Assembly (NCBI GenBank): GCA_965223415.1
Contig: OZ245002.1
Span: forward strand, 3,008,001 to 3,072,000
Direction of reading: 5' to 3'
Length of the DNA stretch: 64,000 bases
Source of the DNA: Myxococcota bacterium
GTDB lineage: Bacteria; Myxococcota_A; UBA9160; UBA6930
Below the pieces are notes generated by a model. The model ran no database searches. It had not been told where the DNA came from and saw only the letters and a list, made by a program, of their open reading frames with translations. Positions 57,814-64,000 of the stretch are shown here, in pieces. Position numbers and translations under genes: made by a program. How positions within the stretch are numbered: the first letter of the stretch is position 1; each line of letters opens with the position of its first letter.

Positions 57814-59148
57814 TCAGCGCGGCGGGATGGTCCTCGTTCGGAAGCGAAAGCGCCGACCGTCCCTCTCGAGTGCGATCGTGACCACTTGTTCGTTCTGTGC
57901 GACGTCGATGAGGTGGCGCCAGGCGTCCATGGAATTGATCGATCGATCGCCGACGACGGTGAGTCGATCGCCTTGCTCGAGCCCGAGCTGGTGCCAGAAG
58001 CTCCCTCGGGCGACGCGCCGGACTCGAAGGCCCAGCATCTCCCCGCCCGCGCCCGCCGCTTTCGCGTAGTCCGGTGTCAGCGAGGCCTGCTGGAGGAGCA
58101 GAGGCCGATCCCGAAGACCGACATTGCGCCACTGGGCCATCCATCCCTCGCGACCCTCGCCCTGGGAGGCGACCTCCATCAGGGAGACGGCGTCAGAGGG
58201 AAGCTCGCGCCGGCCGAGCGCCGGCCCGGCCGCATCGAGCCGCAGCTCGATGTTGCCTTCGCTCGTGCTCAGGACGACGGCTTCGGCCGCGACGCGAGTC
58301 AGCCGCAGCGCTGGAGCGTCGGGGAGGACGTCCCCGAGCTCGAGGACGTAGCGCAGCGACTGCTCCCGGTCCTCCAGGGTGGCCGCCGGGGTGAGCGACG
58401 AGTCGAGCGAAAGCCGGGTGGAGACGACGCGCAGGCGCGATGCCCGATCGCTCGGGAGAGGCCTGGCCCCTTCGGGCGAGGTCGACCCGCGGGCGAGCGG
58501 CGGCACGAAGTCCGCCGGCGTGACCTTGCGCATGAGCCGCATCTCGAGGATGAAGAACGCGGCCTCCGACGCCGGGAGCCCCGAGCGCGCGACGAACGCG
58601 TCGAAGTCCGCCCGCGTGCGCTCCAGCTCTCCCCGCAGCTCGACGCGCCAATCTCCCGCTTCGCGAGTGAAGTACTGGAGCCCCCGGTCGGGCCGGTCCG
58701 CGCGGCCGAACTTGTAGAGGCGACCGCGTGCCTCGCTTCCGTCGACCACGATCTCTCTCAGGACGTCGCCCTCTCGGAGGTCCACTCCGATGAGCCCCTG
58801 GTCGAGCGCGAATCGGAGCAGCTCGGCCTCGTCCATCCTCTTCAGCGCCTTCGGCGGGACGAGGAGGCGCAGGAGCATGACCTGGATCTGGTCCGCCGGA
58901 TGGAGCGGGTCCAGCTCCCGCGCGTCCCCGCGCAAGGCCAGCTGCTGGAGGCCCGTGTAGTAGGCCCTGCCCGAGCCGTCGAGCAGATCGACGAAGGCCG
59001 GATCCCGCGCGGCGACGGCGGCGACCCAGCGCGCGGCCAGTCGCTCGACGGCCTCCGGGTCCGTGCCCGCGAAGACGGGCGCCCGAGTGGCGAGGAGCCC
59101 GCAAACGGCGAGTCCCATCGCGACGAGCGAGATCCATCGGGCCCTCAT
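57814..59148 (-). CDS. Exported protein with C-terminal PDZ (GspC-like) domain
   Basis: Signal peptide; GLRVRRVARGSFWHQLGLEQGDRL. Confidence 0.7.
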   Translation of the reverse strand: MRARWISLVAMGLAVCGLLATRAPVFAGTDPEAVERLAARWVAAVAARDPAFVDLLDGSGRAYYTGLQQLALRGDARELDPLHPADQIQVMLLRLLVPPKALKRMDEAELLRFALDQGLIGVDLREGDVLREIVVDGSEARGRLYKFGRADRPDRGLQYFTREAGDWRVELRGELERTRADFDAFVARSGLPASEAAFFILEMRLMRKVTPADFVPPLARGSTSPEGARPLPSDRASRLRVVSTRLSLDSSLTPAATLEDREQSLRYVLELGDVLPDAPALRLTRVAAEAVVLSTSEGNIELRLDAAGPALGRRELPSDAVSLMEVASQGEGREGWMAQWRNVGLRDRPLLLQQASLTPDYAKAAGAGGEMLGLRVRRVARGSFWHQLGLEQGDRLTVVGDRSINSMDAWRHLIDVAQNEQVVTIALERDGRRFRFRTRTIPPR

Positions 59149-61410
59149 CTACAACGCCTCGTCGAGGCGGTTCAGCGACTCGCGGCACGCCTCCCCGAGG
59201 TCGCGGGCTGCCCTCAAGGCAGACGCCCCGGGGAGCCGCGGCTGCTCGGCGAGAAGGCGCTCGCGCGCGCCGCGGCAGTGCTCGGCGGCGGCCCCCGCCT
59301 CGCCGGAGAGCCGGCGGAGCAGCTCGTCCCGGATCTCGCCCCGGCTCTCCGCCTCCGCGAGCTGTCGCGCGAAGGCCCTGTCCAGGTTCCAGGCCGCGTA
59401 GCCGAGGCGAGCCGCGGCCTCCTCCGGGTCGCAGCCGGCTGTCACACAGAGGTTGGCGAGGGCGAAGTCCACGAGCCCGAGGGCCATCTCCGCCTGGTTC
59501 CGGGCGGCCTCCGCGAAGGAAAGGGGCTCGTAGATGGCCAGACCCGCCATGGGCTGCGGCACCTTCCACGCTTCGGGGACCACGCCCTCCTCGTCGATCG
59601 GTCTGAACAAGCCCAGGAAGTTCAGCGACGCGCTCATCTCGCGCATCCGGGAGATCTCGTCCGCGCCGACGTCGTCGTACGTGGCATCGTTGCTGTTGAA
59701 GAGGTTGTAGTTGCCCTGGAGCAGGTAGTAGTAGAAGAGCGAGGAAAGCTCGGCCTTCTGCACGACATAGCGTCCGGTCGTCGTCACCATGGCATTGGCT
59801 TCGGAGGTTCCGGGACGCGCGAGCTCGGGGCCCAGGGTCTGGCCCGGCATCATCCGGCCCGTGGCCGCGTCGAAGGTCACCGGCACCATGGCGGTCGGCG
59901 TCAGGTTGCCCAGCTTGATGCGAAGGCCGAGCACCTTGCCGATCATGTAGGGGTACCCCACGGTCGCACTGAAGGTCCAGCGGGCCGGGTCGAGAATGGC
60001 CCCGCCGATCAGGTTCGCGTCCGGCGTGGTTCCCCAGAGGAAGGGGATGGAGTGCCGCTCCTTCTCGGGAAGGACCTGCGCTGCGATCTCCTCGGTGACG
60101 GAATGGTCCGCCCGGATCGTCTTCCCGTCGAACGGGGAGACACAGGTGACTGTCCACAGATCGCAGTAGAGACCGTCGAGAGTGACGCCGGGGGAGCCGA
60201 AGCTGTTGAAGTGCACGTCCGGGTTCCCGGTGGTCTCGCCGGTCTCGACGTCGATGAAGTTCACGTTGCCTTCCCCGTCGGAGGCGTTCACGATCCGGTA
60301 GTCGGGGCTCAGGCTCGGGGTGGCCGCCGTCTCGCCGTGGATGACGTTCTCCCACGCCTTGCGGAGGCCCCAGCCCTCCGCGTCGCTGTGGGTGAAGTCG
60401 TAGGCGATCAGGCGCGCGTGGTCCGGCTTCCCCACCGGGCCGGGGTAGGTGAACATGTACCGGGCACGGTTCGAGACGCCCGGGATGGCCGGGCGGACCG
60501 CCAGGTTGTTCGGCTGCGGCGTCGTGTTGTTGGCGTCGTAGGCCAGGCAGGTGAGCTCGTCGAGCTCGCCGGATTTGTCCATCTCTCCGCCGCTGATGGC
60601 GAGGTACATCGTGGCGAGGTTCGGGCAATCGTGGGCCGAGAAGGGGTCCGGCTCCTTCACGACGACCGGCGAGCCGTCGCGGCGATCGAGCCAGATATGC
60701 CAGCCCGAGGCGAAGACGTTGCCGACGAGGCCGGCCTCGCCTTCGTTCAGCAGACGGAGATCGTTCGACGCGAGCGTGTTGCCGCTGTAGTCGGAGAAGC
60801 GGGAGAACCAGATCCGTGCACCCGTGTCCTGGTCGAGCTTCCACACGCCGTAGTTGTCGGCGACGTAGAGTGCGCCCTCCTCGTCGACCATCGGCGCCTG
60901 GATCCCGGCGCTCGACGCCACGGCGTTGCCCTGGCCGGCCAGGTCGGGAACGCCGTCGCCGTCCGCGTCGTCGCTCGTCCACTCCCGGGTGCGCCAGACG
61001 ACCTTGCCGGTGAGATCCAGCGCCACGACCGTCGAGGTGCCGCCACCGCGGGGAGAGACGGCGACGATCAGGCCGTTCGCCGCCTCGGTGCTCCCGTTCG
61101 AGAGAAGCGCCGAGACCGGCGGCGAATCCGGCTCGGTCCAGCTCAGGTACTCGCTCTGTCCCGCGAGCCGGCGCCGCTCGAAGCTGGTGACGAGGGTGGA
61201 GCCCGAGTTCCGGTTGTCGCCCCAGGTGCCCATGTAGGCGGAGTCGAGGCTCCGCGGCCACACCTTGCCGTGCTCCTGGACGCCGCGATCGGAGATCCGC
61301 GTCGGCGCCGGGCCGAGCTCCGGGCCACCCGGTGCCTGCTTCGAGCAGCCGTGGAGGAAGATGGCGACGAGCGCAAGCGCGGCGAGAATCCCTGCGAGGG
61401 TGCGGATCAT
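59149..61410 (-). CDS. Lipoprotein with PQQ-like beta-propeller region
   Basis: LHGC lipobox; ALDLTGKVVW and LDQDTGARIW blades; DADGDG motif. Confidence 0.72.
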   Translation of the reverse strand: MIRTLAGILAALALVAIFLHGCSKQAPGGPELGPAPTRISDRGVQEHGKVWPRSLDSAYMGTWGDNRNSGSTLVTSFERRRLAGQSEYLSWTEPDSPPVSALLSNGSTEAANGLIVAVSPRGGGTSTVVALDLTGKVVWRTREWTSDDADGDGVPDLAGQGNAVASSAGIQAPMVDEEGALYVADNYGVWKLDQDTGARIWFSRFSDYSGNTLASNDLRLLNEGEAGLVGNVFASGWHIWLDRRDGSPVVVKEPDPFSAHDCPNLATMYLAISGGEMDKSGELDELTCLAYDANNTTPQPNNLAVRPAIPGVSNRARYMFTYPGPVGKPDHARLIAYDFTHSDAEGWGLRKAWENVIHGETAATPSLSPDYRIVNASDGEGNVNFIDVETGETTGNPDVHFNSFGSPGVTLDGLYCDLWTVTCVSPFDGKTIRADHSVTEEIAAQVLPEKERHSIPFLWGTTPDANLIGGAILDPARWTFSATVGYPYMIGKVLGLRIKLGNLTPTAMVPVTFDAATGRMMPGQTLGPELARPGTSEANAMVTTTGRYVVQKAELSSLFYYYLLQGNYNLFNSNDATYDDVGADEISRMREMSASLNFLGLFRPIDEEGVVPEAWKVPQPMAGLAIYEPLSFAEAARNQAEMALGLVDFALANLCVTAGCDPEEAAARLGYAAWNLDRAFARQLAEAESRGEIRDELLRRLSGEAGAAAEHCRGARERLLAEQPRLPGASALRAARDLGEACRESLNRLDEAL

Positions 61411-61478
61411 GCGGTGCCTCCTGCGGGCTTCGTGAGCCGTGAGACTGCGGCATCCGCCCGGCCCCGGCCTGGGCCATC

Positions 61479-62165
61479 ATGGCCCAGATGGCCACCCACG
61501 ACGTCCTCACGAAGCGGGAGAAGGAGGTCGTCCTCGAGCTCCTGGACGGCGGCCGCGTGGCCACCATCGCCGCGCTCTTCGGCGTCAGCCATCGCACCGT
61601 GGGGAACCACCTGAAGGCGGCTTTCGCCAAGCTCGGCGTCCATTCGCAGCCGGAGCTGATCTCGCTCGCGCGCGCGGACCCGGGTCGGCTCGGCCTCGAA
61701 GAGGCCCTGAGCGCCCGCTCCCAGATCGCCCAGGCGGAGCTGGAGCGGCGCTGCGAGCGAGCCATCGAGCGACTGATGGCCCGGGTCGAGGAGGCCCACT
61801 GCGGGCCCGCCGGGCTGGGCCAGCTCCGTGCCGCGGTTCGCGCGGCCCTGCCTCTCGACCCGGAGACCCGCCGCGAATGGCGGGACTGGCTCGAGCTGAA
61901 GGCGCGCATGGACGCACGGGGCGATCCGGGCGCGGGGGGGCAGCGCATGGTCGACGAGTGGCGCGACTCGACCGCCACGACGGTGGCGCGGCTGCAGGAT
62001 GCCGGGCTCCTGAGAACGGACCTCGAGCCCGGCGACGTCCTCCGCTCCCTCGGCGCGCTCGCCCTCGGCGCAGGGACACGACTGCTCGGGAACGCCAGTC
62101 CGAACGCCGTGAAGCAGGAGCTGCGGATGCTCGACGGCTTCGTCGATGCGCTTCGGGCCGACTAA
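61479..62165 (+). CDS. LuxR-HTH / TetR-C chimeric regulator
   Basis: LTKREKEV...VSHRTVGNHLKAAFAKLGVHSQ plus ALPLDPETRREWRDW. Confidence 0.75.
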   Translation: MAQMATHDVLTKREKEVVLELLDGGRVATIAALFGVSHRTVGNHLKAAFAKLGVHSQPELISLARADPGRLGLEEALSARSQIAQAELERRCERAIERLMARVEEAHCGPAGLGQLRAAVRAALPLDPETRREWRDWLELKARMDARGDPGAGGQRMVDEWRDSTATTVARLQDAGLLRTDLEPGDVLRSLGALALGAGTRLLGNASPNAVKQELRMLDGFVDALRAD

Positions 62166-62168
62166 CTA

Positions 62169-63827
62169 CTTCCCGTCCGAGAAGAGCCGTTCGTCGGCCT
62201 CTTAGTGGATCGTTGGCGGTCTTCGCGGGCGTTGAGAGTAGCGATGTCACAGCAGTCCCGGAGCCGTCGGGGTGAGTGAGCGACCGTGTTCCGATGCGCG
62301 GGCGCACGTGTCCACCGACCGAACCACTCTCAGGGGTTCAGGCGAACTCGCGAGTCAGCAGGTGGCGGGCCAAGGCGACGAGGTTGAAGCTCGTCACACT
62401 GGCCCAGACATAGGCCTTGAAGGACGCCAGGCCCCGCCAGGTGCATCGGTCCATCTGGAACGCTCGCTTGAGCGTCGAGATCACGCCCTCGATCCCCGAG
62501 CGGAAGTCACGAAGGCGCCGGAAGACCCAGGCGCTGCGCACCATCTCGTGGACCTCGAGTCCGCTCTTCTTGTTGAAGGCCATGTCTTCCACGCCGAGCG
62601 CCTTGGCCTTGGCAACGTTGTCCATGGACGCGAAGCCTCCGTCCATCGCCACTTGGCGGGGTGCCTTGCCGAAGAGATCTGCATGGCGCTCGAGCGTACG
62701 TTCGACCAGCGTCGAGTCCGTAGGGTTTCCTTCCTCGATGACACAGTCGAGGACGAGTGACGACCTGCCGCCAGTCAGACAGACCTTGTGACCGTAGTAG
62801 GTGCCTCGATTGTCCTTCACGAGGATGTCCGAGTGCGGCTCGAAGATCGACACGATCTTCTCGGCTGCAGGGACGCGCTCGCCTTCGAGGACACGGCGAC
62901 GGCTCTGATCGATGACGCGCTCGACGAGGGGAAGCACCGCGAGGAGCTCTTCGCGAAGCGGCGTCGTGTCTTCGACTCGGGCGACCCTCTCCGCGACGCT
63001 ACGGGCCGCTTGGCAGACCTCTTCCGTGGCCCGGATCATGCACCGATAGCTCGCGACCAGGTTGATCGACCGCCGGTGGAACTTGATCGCGTAGGCGCGT
63101 CGCTTCACGCAACGACGACGATCCGGGAACATCTTGCGCAGCGAAGGGCGTTGCTTCGCCATCCTTCGCAAAATCCGCGTCATCACCCGAACGCTGTCCC
63201 AGAGCAGGGCCGAGTCGGCGGGCTCGTGGATGTTCGCCTCGACGACCGTCGTATCCGCCCGAATCGTCTCGCCTCGTTCGATTCCTTCCCGGCGAGCCAG
63301 GCCGATCAACGCACGGTGGATGGCTTCCCACGTCTCGGGCCGGATCCGTTTGACGTTGTCCTGAAGGGTCTGGAAGCGGGGCCAGTCACCGAGCCCGAGT
63401 CCTACGAAGCTGCGGAAGGCGGCCGAGTCCTGGAGGTGAAACTCCAACTCCCGGTAGCTCAGCCCGTGGATCTGCTTGAGTAGGGCGATTCGAAGGACCT
63501 GATCGCCGCTGAGGCCCCGACGGCCGGTATCGGCGCGACGTTCCCCGATCAGATCTCCGTGCACAACAGCACCCAAGCGCGGATCCGCCCCGAGGATCCT
63601 GGCGATCATCTGCAGCTCTCGGGTATGTTGATGCGGACCCCATGTGGGCGTGAGTGAGAGCTGAGTTTCTCGGAATCGGCGCATCGCTTCACCCCCCGGT
63701 TGGCGAATTGCTGTGTATGTTCGGTAGGTTGGCACCACCTAACATACACCAATCGAAACTCGATCGGGAGGCGCGTTTGCGCCAATTCCTTTTCTTCTCA
63801 GTGACTTACGAGTTCTTGGACGGGAAG
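62169..63827 (-). mobile_element. DDE IS (IS5-like/ISNCY), copy 2, TSD TAACTA
   Basis: Same 1659-bp length, IRs and transposase as 14772-16430. TAACTA at 62163-62168 and 63828-63833. Confidence 0.95.
62338..63684 (-). CDS. DDE transposase
   Basis: Same translation as 14915-16261. Confidence 0.93.
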   Translation of the reverse strand: MRRFRETQLSLTPTWGPHQHTRELQMIARILGADPRLGAVVHGDLIGERRADTGRRGLSGDQVLRIALLKQIHGLSYRELEFHLQDSAAFRSFVGLGLGDWPRFQTLQDNVKRIRPETWEAIHRALIGLARREGIERGETIRADTTVVEANIHEPADSALLWDSVRVMTRILRRMAKQRPSLRKMFPDRRRCVKRRAYAIKFHRRSINLVASYRCMIRATEEVCQAARSVAERVARVEDTTPLREELLAVLPLVERVIDQSRRRVLEGERVPAAEKIVSIFEPHSDILVKDNRGTYYGHKVCLTGGRSSLVLDCVIEEGNPTDSTLVERTLERHADLFGKAPRQVAMDGGFASMDNVAKAKALGVEDMAFNKKSGLEVHEMVRSAWVFRRLRDFRSGIEGVISTLKRAFQMDRCTWRGLASFKAYVWASVTSFNLVALARHLLTREFA

Positions 63828-63830
63828 TAA

Positions 63831-64000
63831 CTAGCTGAACCGGCGACGGCACCAGCCCACGAGGCTGCCGAAGATCGGCACCATCAACACCCAGGGGAGC
63901 TGGGTCTGGAACGTGATCTCGCGGCCGGCGATCTCGAACAGGACGAAGTTCAGCCACGGGCCGGTGGGGATGAGGGGCGCCCAGGAGAGCTGCCACTCCG
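63831..64000 (-). CDS. 3' end of a membrane protein gene (partial)
   Basis: ...EWQLSWAPLIPTGPWLNFVLFEIAGREITFQTQLPWVLMVPIFGSLVGWCRRRFS*, with TAG inside the TSD. Confidence 0.6.
   Translation of the reverse strand, partial: EWQLSWAPLIPTGPWLNFVLFEIAGREITFQTQLPWVLMVPIFGSLVGWCRRRFS

Overview
This is a high-GC bacterial chromosomal window. The gene content and a CGxGPEL-type C-terminal anchor suggest Myxococcota-like DNA, but that is inference. Region 1-9.1 kb is ordinary backbone (partial SNF2 helicase, CobB sirtuin, phosphotransferase, GGDEF protein). It also contains a PrdB/GrdB-like selenoprotein that the ORF track splits at an in-frame UGA followed by a SECIS-like hairpin. Region 9.1-20.9 kb is a wrecked integrative element bounded by two non-matching tRNA 3' fragments with 11-bp-period arm-type repeats. 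It holds an IS21-broken tyrosine integrase, an excisionase, a DUF499 5' stub, a HerA 3' stub coupled to an intact KTSC gene, three IS21 elements (two apparently identical and inverted) and a 1659-bp DDE IS. That IS has a second copy at 62.2-63.8 kb, and both copies sit in 6-bp TAGYTA duplications at stop codons. Region 20.9-28.1 kb is a second accessory stretch rich in pseudogenes and includes a candidate Mn riboswitch-TerC unit. Region 28-64 kb carries metabolic and regulatory genes: P450, hydrolases, a B12 radical SAM-Coq4-CBS cluster, OxyR-catalase, a PQQ dehydrogenase, NhaC, an SmtB/CadC regulator, a large di-heme beta-propeller surface protein and a LuxR/TetR chimera. No CRISPR array, rRNA or intact tRNA was seen. 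All family calls come from motif recognition by eye; no searches were run.
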